64,000 bases of DNA from Vicinamibacteria bacterium (GTDB lineage Bacteria > Acidobacteriota > Vicinamibacteria > Marinacidobacterales > Marinacidobacteraceae). The position numbers were made by a program, and so were the translations under genes. Location: positions 3,104,001-3,168,000 of the forward strand of contig OY821641.1 of NCBI GenBank assembly GCA_963555995.3, in the 5' to 3' direction. The notes beneath the pieces are model-generated. The model made no database searches. It worked only from the letters and a program-made list of their open reading frames with translations, and was not told the DNA's origin. Positions 9,436-20,333 of the stretch are shown here, in pieces (position 1 is the first letter of the stretch; every line of letters starts with the position of its first letter).

Positions 9436-10800
9436 GTGGTGCAACGGATCCGGGCGCGGCGCGCCCTGCTCGGGAGCGGGTGGGCGGAGGACGTCCTGCT
9501 GACCGTCCGGGACGGCGCCATCGCGGATGTCTCGGTGGGACCTCCCGCCGCCCCTGCGGCCGACCTGGCCGCCGGGATCGTGATCCCCGGCCTGACGAAC
9601 GCCCACAGCCACGCGTTCCAGCGGGCGCTGGCCGGGAGGACCGAGCATCGCTCGGCCGCCGGGCGCGATTCGTTCTGGACCTGGCGCGAGCGCATGTACG
9701 AACTCACCGGCCGCCTCGATGCCGCGAGCCTGACCGCCGTCGCCCGCCAGGCGTACGCGGAGATGCTCGCCGCCGGTTACACGTCGGTCGTCGAGTTCCA
9801 CTACCTGTTCCGGGACCGCGCGGGACGGGACGACGCGGACGCCATGTTCCGGGCACTCCGGCGCGCCGCCACGGACAGCGGCATCCGGCTGATCTACCTC
9901 CCGGTGCTTTACGAGCGCGCGGGTTTCGACCGTCCGGCTCCCGAGGCGCGGCAACGGCGGTTCGCGATGGACGTCGAGAGCTTTCTCGCCCACCAGGAAC
10001 GCGCCGCCGGCGCGGCTTCCGGGCGGGTGACCGTCGGGATCGGCGCCCACAGCCTGCGCGCGGTCAGCGAGGCCTCGCTGCGCCGGGTGGCGGCCCGCGC
10101 CGCCGTGAGCGGCGCGCCCCTGCACCTCCACATCGCCGAGCAGCGCCGGGAGGTCGAGGACTGCCAGGCGGCGCACGGCTCCCGCCCGGTCCGCTGGCTG
10201 CTCGACCGCTTCGACGTGGACGAGCGGTGGTGCCTGGTCCACGCCACCCACGTCGGCGACGGGGAGGCCCGTGATCTCGCGGCCTCCGGCGCGGTCGTCT
10301 GCCTCTGCCCCAGCACCGAGGGGAACCTCGGCGACGGACTCTTCCCGCTGGAGCGCTTCCTGCGCGCCGGCGGCCGGATCGCGATCGGCTCCGACAGCCA
10401 GGCGACGATCAATCCCTTCGAGGAACTGCGCTGGCTCGAATACGGCCAGCGCCTGCACTCGGAATCCCGGAACGTCGCTTCCATCGAGGATCCGCACGTG
10501 GGGCAGGAACTCTTCCGGCGCGCGCTCGCGGGCGGCGCGCAGGCCGCCAGGCAGCGTGAATTCGGGCTGGCGCCCGGGGCGCCCGCCGACCTCGTGGTGC
10601 TGGACGATCAGGACCCGATGCTCGCCGGCCACGGCCCCGCCACCCTGCTGGACGCGCTGCTATTCTCGGGGTATCGGGTACCGATACAGCGCGTCATGGT
10701 CCACGGCGAATGGAGAGTGGCAGGCGGCGAACACGTGGACCGCGCCGCGACCGCGAAGGACTTCGCCGCCGCCCTGAAGGGTTTCAGCGCCCATCCCTGA
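9436..10800 (+). CDS. hutF: Formimidoylglutamate deiminase
   Basis: [45 protein letters not shown]; GTG start at 9436 or 9439. Confidence 0.93.
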   Translation: MVQRIRARRALLGSGWAEDVLLTVRDGAIADVSVGPPAAPAADLAAGIVIPGLTNAHSHAFQRALAGRTEHRSAAGRDSFWTWRERMYELTGRLDAASLTAVARQAYAEMLAAGYTSVVEFHYLFRDRAGRDDADAMFRALRRAATDSGIRLIYLPVLYERAGFDRPAPEARQRRFAMDVESFLAHQERAAGAASGRVTVGIGAHSLRAVSEASLRRVAARAAVSGAPLHLHIAEQRREVEDCQAAHGSRPVRWLLDRFDVDERWCLVHATHVGDGEARDLAASGAVVCLCPSTEGNLGDGLFPLERFLRAGGRIAIGSDSQATINPFEELRWLEYGQRLHSESRNVASIEDPHVGQELFRRALAGGAQAARQREFGLAPGAPADLVVLDDQDPMLAGHGPATLLDALLFSGYRVPIQRVMVHGEWRVAGGEHVDRAATAKDFAAALKGFSAHP

Positions 10801-10813
10801 GGAACGGAACGCC

Positions 10814-12490
10814 ATGCAAACCGTCCGGACACCAACCATCAAGGCCCCGACCGGCCCCGTCCGGTCGGCGAAGAGCTGGCTCACCGAGGCGCCGCTGCGG
10901 ATGCTGATGAACAACCTCGATCCGGAGGTTGCCGAACGGCCCGAGGATCTCGTGGTCTACGGCGGGATCGGCAAGGCCGCCCGGAACTGGGAGGCCTACG
11001 AGGCCCTCGTCACGGCGCTCAGGGAACTGGAGACGGACGAGACCCTGGTGGTCCAGTCCGGCAAGCCCGTCGGCGTCTTCCGCACCCACCCGGACGCCCC
11101 GCGCGTCCTCATCGCCAACTCCAACCTGGTGCCGGCCTGGGCCAACTGGGAGCACTTCCGGGAACTCGACCGGAAGGGCCTGATGATGTTCGGCCAGATG
11201 ACCGCCGGGTCCTGGATCTACATCGGCAGCCAGGGCATCGTGCAGGGCACCTACGAGACCTTCGTGGAGATGGGCCGCCAGCACTACGGCGGGAACCTCG
11301 CGGGCCGCTGGATCCTGACCGCCGGGCTCGGGGGGATGGGAGGCGCACAGCCGCTCGCGGCGAAGATGGCGGGCGCCTCGCTGATCGCCATCGAGTGCCG
11401 GGCGGACCGCATCGAAAAGCGGCTCGCGACCGGCTACCTCGACACGCGGGCCGCGACGGTGGACGAGGCGCTCTCGCTGATCGAGGGATCGGTCCGCGCC
11501 CGCACCCCGCTCACCGTGGGCCTGCTCGGCAACGCCGCGGAGATCCTCCCGGAGCTGCTCGCGCGCGGCGTCCGTCCCGACGCCCTCACCGACCAGACCT
11601 CGGCCCACGACCCGGCGAACGGCTACCTGCCGGCCGGTTGGACCGTCGAGCAGTGGCGCGTGCGCCGCGAAAGCGATCCCGACGCGGTGGCGGCGGAAGC
11701 GGTCCGGTCCATCGCCGACCACGTCCGCGCCATGCTCGGCTTCCACGACGCGGGCGTCCCGACCTTCGACTACGGCAACAACATCCGCCAGGAGGCGCTC
11801 GGCGCCGGGGTGGACCGCGCCTTCGACTTCCCCGGCTTCGTGCCCGCCTACGTGCGGCCCCTGTTCTGCCGCGGCGTCGGCCCGTTCCGCTGGGCGGCGC
11901 TGTCCGGCGATCCCGAGGACATCTACCGGACCGACGCCCGGGTCAAGGAGCTGATCCCCGACGACCCGCACCTCCACAACTGGCTCGATTCGGCCCGCGA
12001 GAACATCCGGTTCCAGGGGCTGCCGGCGCGGATTTGCTGGGTCGGCCTCGGGCAGCGGCACCGGCTCGGCCTCGCGTTCAACGAGATGGTCCGCCGGGGG
12101 GAACTCGAAGCCCCCATCGTCATCGGCCGCGACCACCTCGACAGCGGCTCGGTGGCGAGCCCCAACCGCGAGACCGAGGCCATGCGCGACGGCTCGGACG
12201 CGGTGTCCGACTGGGCGTTCCTGAACGCCCTGCTGAACGTCGCCAGCGGGGCGACCTGGGTCTCCGTCCATCACGGCGGCGGGGTCGGGATGGGGTACGC
12301 GCAGCACGCCGGGTTCGTCATCGTCTGCGACGGCAGCGAGGCGGCGGATCGCCGCATCGAGCGGGTGCTGTGGAACGACCCGGCGACGGGGGTCATGCGC
12401 CACGCCGACGCCGGCTACGAGGAGGCCATCGCCTGCGCCCGCGAACACCGGTTGAACCTGCCGATGGTCCCCGGCGGCGAGGCTCGGTGA
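10814..12490 (+). CDS. hutU: Urocanate hydratase
   Basis: [34 protein letters not shown]. Confidence 0.98.
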   Translation: MQTVRTPTIKAPTGPVRSAKSWLTEAPLRMLMNNLDPEVAERPEDLVVYGGIGKAARNWEAYEALVTALRELETDETLVVQSGKPVGVFRTHPDAPRVLIANSNLVPAWANWEHFRELDRKGLMMFGQMTAGSWIYIGSQGIVQGTYETFVEMGRQHYGGNLAGRWILTAGLGGMGGAQPLAAKMAGASLIAIECRADRIEKRLATGYLDTRAATVDEALSLIEGSVRARTPLTVGLLGNAAEILPELLARGVRPDALTDQTSAHDPANGYLPAGWTVEQWRVRRESDPDAVAAEAVRSIADHVRAMLGFHDAGVPTFDYGNNIRQEALGAGVDRAFDFPGFVPAYVRPLFCRGVGPFRWAALSGDPEDIYRTDARVKELIPDDPHLHNWLDSARENIRFQGLPARICWVGLGQRHRLGLAFNEMVRRGELEAPIVIGRDHLDSGSVASPNRETEAMRDGSDAVSDWAFLNALLNVASGATWVSVHHGGGVGMGYAQHAGFVIVCDGSEAADRRIERVLWNDPATGVMRHADAGYEEAIACAREHRLNLPMVPGGEAR

Positions 12491-14025
12491 GGATCGAGAT
12501 CGGGGAAGCGGGGATCTCCCTCGCCACCCTCCGCGCGGCCTGGCGGGACCGGGTGACGGTCGCGCTCGGCGAGGACGCCCGCCGGAGGGTCGCCGCCGCG
12601 GCCGGCGCGATCGAGGCGGCGATCGCGGCGGGCGGTCCGGTGTACGGGGTCAACACCGGCTGCGGGCATCTCGTCCACGTGCGGATCGGCGAAGCCGAAC
12701 TGCGGAAGCTGCAGGAGAACATCGTCCGCTCGCACGCTGCGGGGGTGGGCGAGGACCTCGGCGACGAGGTCGTCCGCCTTGTGGTCCTGATGAAGGTGAT
12801 GGCGCTCGCCCGCGGGCACTCGGGCGTCCGCCTCGAGCTCGTCGAGGCGCTCGGCGCGCTCCTCGAACACGGGATCGTCCCCCGGATTCCGGCCCAGGGC
12901 TCCGCCGGGGCGTCGGGGGACCTGGCGCCGCTGGCCCATCTCGCCGGGGTGCTCATCGGGGAGGGCGAGGCCCGGATCGGGAACGAGACCCTGAGCGGAG
13001 GCGAAGCGCTCCGCCGGGCCGGCCTCACGCCGCTCCGCCTCGCGCCGAAGGAGGGGCTGGCGCTCCTGAACGGGACCCAGGTCTCCACCGCCCTCGCGCT
13101 CGCCGCCGCGTTTCGCGCCGAGAACGTGCTGGCCGCCGCGCTGGTGGCGGGCGCCATGTCCACCGACGCCATCAAGGGAAGCGACGTCCCGTTCGATCCG
13201 CGCATCCACGCGATCCGCGGCCACCGCGGCCAGATCACCGTCGCCGAAGTGCTGCGGGACCTGATACGCGGCAGCGAGATCCGCGCCTCGCACCTCGACT
13301 GCGACCGGGTGCAGGACCCCTACTCGGTCCGCTGCCAGCCGCAGGTGATGGGCGCCTGCCTCGACAACCTGCGCCACGCCGCGTCGCTCCTCGAGACCGA
13401 GGCGAACGCGGTCACCGACAACCCGCTGGTGTTCCCCGACGCGGGCGAGGTGCTCTCCGGCGGCAATTTCCACGCGGAACCCGTGGCCTTCGCCGCGGAC
13501 ATCCTGGCGCTCGCCATCGCCGAGATCGGATCGCTCTCGGAACGGCGCACCGCGCTGCTGGTGGACCCCCACCTGAGCCGGCTGCCGGCGTTCCTCGTCC
13601 ACGACAGCGGCCTGAACAGCGGTTTCATGATGGCCGGGATCACCGCCGCCGCCCTCACCTCGGAAAACAAGGGGCTCGCCCACCCGGCGAGCGTGGACAG
13701 CATCCCCACCTCCGCCAATCAGGAGGACCACGTCAGCATGGCGACCCACGGCGCCCGAAGGCTCCACGACATGCTGGACAACCTCGGGCACATCGTCGCC
13801 ATCGAGCTGCTCGCGGCGGTGCAGGGAATCGAGTTCCACCGCCCCGCCCAAAGCTCCGGACCGCTCGAGGAGGCCATCACCGCCGTCCGGGAGATCTCCG
13901 CCCCCTACACCGAGGACCGCTCCCTCGCCCCGGACATCAACGCCGTCGCCGCGCTGATCGCCGCCGGCGGCTTCCGCGACTACGCCGCCCCGGCCCTGTC
14001 CGGGCCAGGCACACCGCGCGGGTGA
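12487..14025 (+). CDS. hutH: Histidine ammonia-lyase
   Basis: MIO-forming GASGDL, SH specificity pair (RSHAAG), [23 protein letters not shown]; GTG overlaps hutU stop. Confidence 0.96.
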   Translation: MRIEIGEAGISLATLRAAWRDRVTVALGEDARRRVAAAAGAIEAAIAAGGPVYGVNTGCGHLVHVRIGEAELRKLQENIVRSHAAGVGEDLGDEVVRLVVLMKVMALARGHSGVRLELVEALGALLEHGIVPRIPAQGSAGASGDLAPLAHLAGVLIGEGEARIGNETLSGGEALRRAGLTPLRLAPKEGLALLNGTQVSTALALAAAFRAENVLAAALVAGAMSTDAIKGSDVPFDPRIHAIRGHRGQITVAEVLRDLIRGSEIRASHLDCDRVQDPYSVRCQPQVMGACLDNLRHAASLLETEANAVTDNPLVFPDAGEVLSGGNFHAEPVAFAADILALAIAEIGSLSERRTALLVDPHLSRLPAFLVHDSGLNSGFMMAGITAAALTSENKGLAHPASVDSIPTSANQEDHVSMATHGARRLHDMLDNLGHIVAIELLAAVQGIEFHRPAQSSGPLEEAITAVREISAPYTEDRSLAPDINAVAALIAAGGFRDYAAPALSGPGTPRG

Positions 14026-14033
14026 CAGAGCAG

Positions 14034-14093
14034 CTTGGACCGCCGGTCTCCAGACCGGCGCGCGCAGCGCTCCGCGCTGCGCACGGCGCAACA
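14034..14093 (+). repeat. REP-like palindrome with second hairpin
   Basis: CGCCGGTCTCCAGACCGGCG followed by GCGCAGCGC-TCC-GCGCTGCGC, between convergent genes. Confidence 0.75.
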
Positions 14094-14118
14094 CCAACCG
14101 CTCTCGCGGCGCCGTCGC

Positions 14119-15123
14119 TCAGTTCCGCGTCGGGTTCTTGAAGTCCAGGATCCACTGGAGGTTCACGAACACCTCGTTGTCCGAGATGGCCCCGAACCGC
14201 CGGCGGTAGTCGGCCTCGATGTGGGTCAGCGTCCAGGGGAGCTCGTACCGCACTCCCATCCGCACGTAGCTCAGGTGGCCCGGATCCTCGATCGGGCCGT
14301 TGTTCGATTCCCCGCCGAACTCGATCCCGGTCCAGACCCGCGGCGCGAAGCGCTGGCGGAAACGCGCGAAACCGCCGACGTATTTCCGCTCGTTCTGGTC
14401 CCGCTGGTAGACGGCGCTGCGGAAGGTCCGGTCGGGCCCGATCGTGCCGTCGAGGTGGGCGGCGGTCTGGCGCCGCGGAATCAGGTCGTCCCCGGTCCCG
14501 TCGCGCCCCTCGTAGTGGCCCACGTCCACCTTCCAGCGACCTCCGAGTCCCTCGAAGCTGCGGCCGACGCCCGCGATGACGTCCTTGAACCCGTTGGGGT
14601 CCTCCGCCCAGCCGGACCCCCGCACCACGTGGAGCCGCCCGCTGTAGCCCCCGCGGTCCACGAACAGGAACACCCCGTTCTCGCGGATCTGGGTGAGCGC
14701 CGCGCCGGGGGCGGCCCCGATCATCTGGAAGGCGAAGGGAGCGTCGGTGTACTCGGCCATCCAGAGCGGAGCGCTGCGGCCGGCCCGGAGCCGTACCCCG
14801 CCGCCCAGGTCGTACTGCACGTAGAGGTCGTGGACCCGGGTCGCCCCCACGTCGTAGGAGGCGCGCGCCTGGACGCGGTCGCCGATCCGGAAGTCGGACC
14901 AGACGGAAAGCCGCTGGACGGTGACGTCCCCGAGGTCCGAGAGGTTGTCTATGAACCGCCCGCGGAGCCGGAAGGTGTAATCCACCGCCGGGGCGTCGTC
15001 GGCGTCGTCCTGGGCCGCCGCGACCGCCGCCTCGGGTTTCTCGTCGGGCTCGGGGCGAGGTTCCGCAAGTGCCGGCGCCGCAAGGAAACCGAAGACCAGC
15101 CCCGGCAAGAGCGCCCTCGTCAT
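14119..15123 (-). CDS. Outer-membrane beta-barrel/porin (OprO/OprP-like)
   Basis: Signal peptide, alternating beta-strand pattern, DLYVQY..LRAGR, RENGV, terminal strand NLQWILDF. Confidence 0.6.
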   Translation of the reverse strand: MTRALLPGLVFGFLAAPALAEPRPEPDEKPEAAVAAAQDDADDAPAVDYTFRLRGRFIDNLSDLGDVTVQRLSVWSDFRIGDRVQARASYDVGATRVHDLYVQYDLGGGVRLRAGRSAPLWMAEYTDAPFAFQMIGAAPGAALTQIRENGVFLFVDRGGYSGRLHVVRGSGWAEDPNGFKDVIAGVGRSFEGLGGRWKVDVGHYEGRDGTGDDLIPRRQTAAHLDGTIGPDRTFRSAVYQRDQNERKYVGGFARFRQRFAPRVWTGIEFGGESNNGPIEDPGHLSYVRMGVRYELPWTLTHIEADYRRRFGAISDNEVFVNLQWILDFKNPTRN

Positions 15124-15157
15124 GCGGACCGACCTCCGGGTCGAACGGCGAAGCGCC

Positions 15158-15232
15158 TGGCTCCACGGGTAGGACTTGAACCTACAACCAACGGATTAAC
15201 AGTCCGCTGCTCTGCCATTGAGCTACCGTGGA
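15158..15232 (-). tRNA. tRNA-Asn(GTT)
   Basis: TCCACGG acceptor stem, CTGTTAA anticodon loop, GGTTCAAGTCC T-arm, encoded CCA. Confidence 0.97.
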
Positions 15233-15289
15233 TTCGGGGAGGCGCTCACCACAAAGGCGGGTGAGTTTAGCAGCGCGTCCGGCGCGGAA

Positions 15290-15585
15290 CGGCTTGGAAC
15301 GCCGGGTTCCCGAGCTACGAGGAATGGACGCCGGCTGCCGCCGACTTCCATCCCTCGTGCTCAAGGGGTCTCCGCAGAGCTATCGCTCTGCTCCGGAAAC
15401 AGCCGGCACGCGCTGCGCGACAGCGCAGCGCATGGCGCGGCATCGATGGGCGGAATGGTTCTCTCCTCTCCGTCTATCGGAAAGCACTGGACTTGCCCCA
15501 AGGCGTCCCGTGAGGGCAGGCAGCGACACAACATCCGCGGGCCTCCGGCCCGCCGTGCCGGCTGAAGCCGGCGTTCCAAGCCGTT
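15290..15585. repeat. REP-doublet (REPIN/BIME-like) element
   Basis: Degenerate REP at 15290; internal segment shared with the 39137 and 60646 copies; terminal GTGCCGGCTGAAGCCGGCGTTCC. Confidence 0.7.
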
Positions 15586-15600
15586 GCCGCCACCGCGGCG

Positions 15601-16200
15601 TCAAAGCGCGCTGCGGTGCTGGAGCGCCTCCGCCATCGTGGTCTCGTCGGTGTGGACCAGTTCGCTTCCCATGGGGACGCCGATTCCGATGCGCGTCACC
15701 CGGATGTCGTGAGGCTTCAGGAGATGCGCCAGCCAGGCGGCGGCCGCCTCCCCGTCGTGGGTGGGGTTCGTGGCGACGATGACTTCCTCGAAACGGCCGT
15801 CGCGGACGCGCTGCAGCAGGCTGGCGAGGCTGCGTTCCTCCTCCGGGTCCCCCTGCGGGGGGAACGTGACTCCTCCCAGCACGTGGTAGCGACCGTTGAA
15901 GATCTTCGCCTTCTCGATGGCGGCGATGTCGGCCGGGTCCTCGACGACACAGAGCATGGTGTCGCCGCGGCCCGGGTTCCGGCAGAACCCGCACGGCTGG
16001 GCGTCGGTGAAGTTGCCGCACACGCCGCAACGGGAGACCTGCTCGTGCAGGGTGGAGGTCGCCGCCCCGAGCGCCGCGGCGCGCTCCGGGCCGCCCTGGA
16101 GCAAGTGGAAGGCGATCCGCTGCGCGGACTTCTCCCCGATCCCCGGGAGCCGCTTCAACTCACCGATGAGTCGTGAGAGCGGTTCCGGCAGGCCGGTCAT
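15601..16200 (-). CDS. recR: Recombination protein RecR
   Basis: LPGIGEKSAQR HhH, C4 zinc finger, Toprim VVED, YHVLGG, ATNP. Confidence 0.97.
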   Translation of the reverse strand: MTGLPEPLSRLIGELKRLPGIGEKSAQRIAFHLLQGGPERAAALGAATSTLHEQVSRCGVCGNFTDAQPCGFCRNPGRGDTMLCVVEDPADIAAIEKAKIFNGRYHVLGGVTFPPQGDPEEERSLASLLQRVRDGRFEEVIVATNPTHDGEAAAAWLAHLLKPHDIRVTRIGIGVPMGSELVHTDETTMAEALQHRSAL

Positions 16201-16499
16201 CGGCCGCCGGCGAGCTGTCCGAGTCCTTCGAGCGAACCGAGCCGCTCCTGCATCTGCTGCTCGATCTTCCGCGAGGCGTCGTTCACCGCCGCCTTCACGA
16301 GGTCCTCGAGGAGTTCGACGTCGCCGGAACGGACCGCTTCCGGGTCGATCGTCACCCGCCGGATCTGGCGGGCGCCGTTCATCCGCACCTTGACCATCCC
16401 GCCGCCGGCGGCTCCCTCACCCTCGAGGGACTCGATCTGCCGCTTCAGCTTGCGGAGCTGTCCCATCTGCTGGGTGACCTGGTGAATCTTCGAGAGCAT
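16197..16499 (-). CDS. ybaB: YbaB/EbfC nucleoid-associated protein
   Basis: AGGGMVKVRMNG..LLEDLVKAAVNDA; position between dnaX and recR. Confidence 0.95.
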   Translation of the reverse strand: MLSKIHQVTQQMGQLRKLKRQIESLEGEGAAGGGMVKVRMNGARQIRRVTIDPEAVRSGDVELLEDLVKAAVNDASRKIEQQMQERLGSLEGLGQLAGGR

Positions 16500-16565
16500 C
16501 GCTCGTTTCCTCCTTCGCGCCGGAACCTGGGGTGGCGTCCCGGGCGACCAAATTGTTGCGGGCTG

Positions 16566-18263
16566 TCAGTGCTCCGATGGCGGCGGGGGGTGCCCCGGCC
16601 GGGCCTTCGCCGAAACGATAGTGCCTCCGAACGTCTCCTGGTACTGCTTGATGATCGGGGGGGGATCCAGGTCGAGGAGGCGGCTGGCGCCGGCGTCCTC
16701 CGTTTCGGCGGATGCCTCGGACGGGGGCGGGGGATCGGGTGGACGCCCCTCGGCGGGGGGCGGCGGATCGGGCGGACGCGTCCTGGCGGGGGGCGAGCCG
16801 CTTCCGCCGGCAGCCGGGGCCGGGGTCGCTGCTCCCGGCCGGTCGAGCTGTTCGAGCAGCCGGTCGAACGCGGCCAGCCGCGGCATTTCGACGAGCCGCA
16901 GGAGCGCCATCTCCAGGTGGAACCGCGGCTCGGGCGACCAGCGCAGACCCTCTTCGATCTTCGTCAGGACATCGAGGCTGCGGAGCAGGTCCTCCTCGCT
17001 GAAGCGGTTGGCGAACTCGGCGAGCCGCTCCTTCTCCTGCGGCCACTCCAGCAGGTCGGGCCGGTCGGGCGCCGCCCGCACCACCGTCAGGTCGCGCAGG
17101 TAGTGCATCAGCAGGGTCACGAAGTGCTTCAGGTCGCGGCCCTCGCTCACCAGCTCCTCGACGATCTCGAAGACCGCCCGGCGGTCCCCCTCGACGATCG
17201 CGGTGGCGGCCCGGCGGCAGATCTGGACGTCCGGAACCCCGATCACCTCGCTGACGTCCGCTGCCGTGACCGCGCCGTCCACCGCCGCGATCACCTGGTC
17301 GAGCGCCGACAGGGCGTCCCGGAGGCTCCCCTGCCCGAACCGGGCGACCTGGGCGAGGGCTTCCGGCGCGACGTCGAGACCCTGATCGTCCACGACGTGC
17401 TGCAACCGTTCGACCACGGCGCGCTGGGTCACGGCCCGGAACTCGAACTCCTGGCAGCGCGAGAGGATGGTGTCCGGGATCCGGTGGATCTCGGTGGTCG
17501 CGAAGATGAACTTGACGTGGGGGGGAGGTTCTTCAAGCGTCTTCAGGAGCGCGTTGAAGGCGCCGCCGCTCAGCATGTGGACCTCGTCCACGAGGAAGAT
17601 CTTGAACCGGTCGCGCGCCGGGGTGTAGTGCGCGGTCTCGATGATCTCGCGCGCCTTCTCCACGCTGTTGTTGCTCGCGCCGTCAATCTCGGGCACGTCC
17701 CGCGAGTAGCCGCCGGCGACCTCGCGGCAGGACGGACACCCGCCGCAGGGCTCCGGGTTCGGTCCCTCGCCCGCCGCGCAGTTGAGCGCCTTCGCGAGGA
17801 TCCGGGCGGTCGTCGTCTTGCCCACGCCCCGCGGTCCGGCGAAGAGGAAGGCGTGCCAGACGCGGTTCTTCCGGATCGCGTTCTGGAGCGTGCGGGCGAT
17901 CGCCTCCTGCCCCACCAGGTCCGCGAACGTCTGGGGCCGGTAGCGGAGCGCGAGCACCTGGTAGTCCTCCGCGCCCGCGGCGTCCGGCGCCGGCGTCGGC
18001 GCGGCGGAGGGGGCGGCGGGCGCCGCACTCTCCGGCTCGGCGGGGGTGGCGGGCGCCGCACTCTCCGGCTCGGCGGGGACGGCGGCGGGCGCAGGACTCT
18101 CGGGCTCGCCGGCGGGCGCGTCGGCCGCGGAAGCCGCGTCCGCGGCGCCCTGCGGTTCGTCCCGTCCGTCGCTGCCGGGATCGGGCGCGGCCGGTTCCAC
18201 GTCGGCGGACGGTTCCGGCGGCGGGGTCGGCGGAGCGCCGAACAGGCTCCCGGGAGGGCTCAT
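16566..18263 (-). CDS. dnaX: DNA polymerase III gamma/tau subunit with Pro/Ala-rich N-terminal extension
   Basis: YRPQTF, GPRGVGKTT, zinc Cys cluster, DEVHML, SRC, GSLRD. Confidence 0.96.
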   Translation of the reverse strand: MSPPGSLFGAPPTPPPEPSADVEPAAPDPGSDGRDEPQGAADAASAADAPAGEPESPAPAAVPAEPESAAPATPAEPESAAPAAPSAAPTPAPDAAGAEDYQVLALRYRPQTFADLVGQEAIARTLQNAIRKNRVWHAFLFAGPRGVGKTTTARILAKALNCAAGEGPNPEPCGGCPSCREVAGGYSRDVPEIDGASNNSVEKAREIIETAHYTPARDRFKIFLVDEVHMLSGGAFNALLKTLEEPPPHVKFIFATTEIHRIPDTILSRCQEFEFRAVTQRAVVERLQHVVDDQGLDVAPEALAQVARFGQGSLRDALSALDQVIAAVDGAVTAADVSEVIGVPDVQICRRAATAIVEGDRRAVFEIVEELVSEGRDLKHFVTLLMHYLRDLTVVRAAPDRPDLLEWPQEKERLAEFANRFSEEDLLRSLDVLTKIEEGLRWSPEPRFHLEMALLRLVEMPRLAAFDRLLEQLDRPGAATPAPAAGGSGSPPARTRPPDPPPPAEGRPPDPPPPSEASAETEDAGASRLLDLDPPPIIKQYQETFGGTIVSAKARPGHPPPPSEH

Positions 18264-18318
18264 GAGACGGGGAGACTAGCCGCAGCGACCCGGGTTCGCA
18301 GCGACCAAATCCTGCCGT

Positions 18319-20241
18319 TCAGAATCCGAGCGACGCGGTCTCCCGCCGCACGTCGCCCGCCGCGATCATCACCCCGGTTTCCGGGTCGCGCCAGGTCACC
18401 GTGGGAGCGCACGCGCGCCAGTTCCACCGGCCCCACGAGCGCACGTCGTGGCCCAGGGCGCGGAGCGCCGCGGCCGTCGCCGCCGGGATCCGGTCCTCGA
18501 GGTTGAGGACGGCGGGGTTGTCGTTCACCTCGCTCCCGGTGCCGGGGAAGTTGTAGCTGCCGAAGCGGGGCTGGTCGAGGGCCTGCTCCGGGGACATCCC
18601 CCACACCACCACGTTCAGGAAGACCTGCAGGAGCGACTGCAACTGCTGGTCGCCGCCGGGGGTGGAGAGCCCCATGTACGGCTGGCCGTCCTTCATCACC
18701 AGCAGCGGCGAGTTGGTGTTGCGGGGGCGCTTGCCGGGCGCCATCACGTTGGCCAGCTCGGGGTCGAGGTTGAACTGGTACATCCGGCCGCCCAGCCCGA
18801 ACCCCCAGCCCGGGATCATGGGGGTGGAGGTGTGGCCGTCGCTCTCGGTGAGGGAGAACACGTTGCCCTCCCCGTCCATGACGTTCAGGGAGGAGGTGTC
18901 CCCGTAGAGGGCCGCGTGGTCGCTGTCGTCCGCCCCCGGGCGGCCCGCGGCGGCGTCCGTCGAGAGCGGCTCCACGAAGCCCGCCGGCGCGTCGTCCGCC
19001 ACCGCCGCCATCCGCTCCGGATCGCCCCACGGAGGCATGTCCGGAAACGCGCGCGCCTCGTCAATGAGCTCGATGCGCTGCCGCGCGTACTCCTTGCCGT
19101 AGAGGTTCTCCGGAGGAGGCGCGAAGTCCGGGTCCGCGACGTAGCGGTGGGCGTCCGCCATCGCCAGGTTGATCACCTGCGAGACGAGGTGGATGTATTC
19201 CGGCGTGTTGTAGCCGAGCGCGCGCAGGTCGTAGTTCTCCAGCATGTTGAGCATCAGGACGATGCGCGGCCCCTGGCTCCAGCCGGCGGCGGCGTGCACG
19301 TCGTAGCCGTGGAAGTCGGTTCCGAGCGGCTCCTCCCAGCGGCTCTCGTAGTTCGCGAGGTCCTCGTAGCGGACGATGCCCTCCTGCTCCCGGAAGAAAC
19401 GGTCCACGGCGCGCGCCGGCTCGCCCTGGTAGAAGGCGTCGCGGGCGGCGCGGATCCCGTCGGACCGGCTTCCGCCCGCCGCCAGCGCCTGCCGTTCGGC
19501 CTCCATCAGGTGGCGGATGAGCCGCCCCAGGTCGGCGTTCACCATGAGGTCGCCGAGCCGCTGCTCGCCGACCCCGTTCGGGAACCAGAAGTCGCGGTTG
19601 TAGGGGAAGGCGAGGATGCCGTCCCGGTGGTCCTCGATCATCCGCTTCTGCATCTTGTAGAGGTGGTAGCCCTCCTCCGCGATGCGGAGCGCCAGCTGGG
19701 CCGCCTCGCTGAAGCTGATGGTGCCGAAGCGGTCCAGCGCGGCCAGCCACACATCCACGTCCGCGGGAATCAGCGCGTTGTTGATCGGCGACTTGCCGTG
19801 TTCGAGGAAATAGTCGAGGGTGGCGAGCGCGGGCGAGGTCCCCGCCCCGACCCGGGTGAGCACGCGATCCTCGGCGGCGCTGTACACGAGGAGCGGCGCG
19901 ACCCCGGTCCATCCCGCGTAGTCCATCTTGACCACCTTGAGCGCCATCCCCGCGGCCACCCCGGCGTCGAACGCGTTGCCCCCGGCCCGGAGCACCTCGT
20001 ACCCGGCCTGGGTGGCGAGGTAGTGCCCGGAGGAGATCACCCCGTTCGTCCCCATGACGCGCGGCCGCATCGCCTCGACGTTGTCGCCGTCGTGGACGTG
20101 GCCGTAGCTCCCGAACGGGGCGATGGTGGCGAAGACGCCCTCCGCGGCGGGCGCGGGTTCTTCCGGAACATCGGTCGCGGGGGCGCCGCACGCGGCGAGT
20201 GTCAGGGCGAGGGCCGCAGCCAGCCAGGTCAGGTGCTTCAT
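18319..20241 (-). CDS. Gamma-glutamyltransferase family lipoprotein
   Basis: Lipobox LAAC; GGNAFDA; nucleophile DTSSL; PGKRP; TPGGD. Confidence 0.9.
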   Translation of the reverse strand: MKHLTWLAAALALTLAACGAPATDVPEEPAPAAEGVFATIAPFGSYGHVHDGDNVEAMRPRVMGTNGVISSGHYLATQAGYEVLRAGGNAFDAGVAAGMALKVVKMDYAGWTGVAPLLVYSAAEDRVLTRVGAGTSPALATLDYFLEHGKSPINNALIPADVDVWLAALDRFGTISFSEAAQLALRIAEEGYHLYKMQKRMIEDHRDGILAFPYNRDFWFPNGVGEQRLGDLMVNADLGRLIRHLMEAERQALAAGGSRSDGIRAARDAFYQGEPARAVDRFFREQEGIVRYEDLANYESRWEEPLGTDFHGYDVHAAAGWSQGPRIVLMLNMLENYDLRALGYNTPEYIHLVSQVINLAMADAHRYVADPDFAPPPENLYGKEYARQRIELIDEARAFPDMPPWGDPERMAAVADDAPAGFVEPLSTDAAAGRPGADDSDHAALYGDTSSLNVMDGEGNVFSLTESDGHTSTPMIPGWGFGLGGRMYQFNLDPELANVMAPGKRPRNTNSPLLVMKDGQPYMGLSTPGGDQQLQSLLQVFLNVVVWGMSPEQALDQPRFGSYNFPGTGSEVNDNPAVLNLEDRIPAATAAALRALGHDVRSWGRWNWRACAPTVTWRDPETGVMIAAGDVRRETASLGF

Positions 20242-20333
20242 CACCTCATCCTCCCGTTCGGGTGGGATATGTTCGGGAATCGTCCGAAAGACAGTAAACC
20301 AACCTGGGAAGCTCACGGAAAGGGGACGAAGCC

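Noticed and set aside
18003-18013. GGCGGAGGGGG matching the tRNA-Ser 3' end as a possible att site
   Set aside because: Only about 11 bp, GC-rich, and inside the dnaX coding region; likely chance
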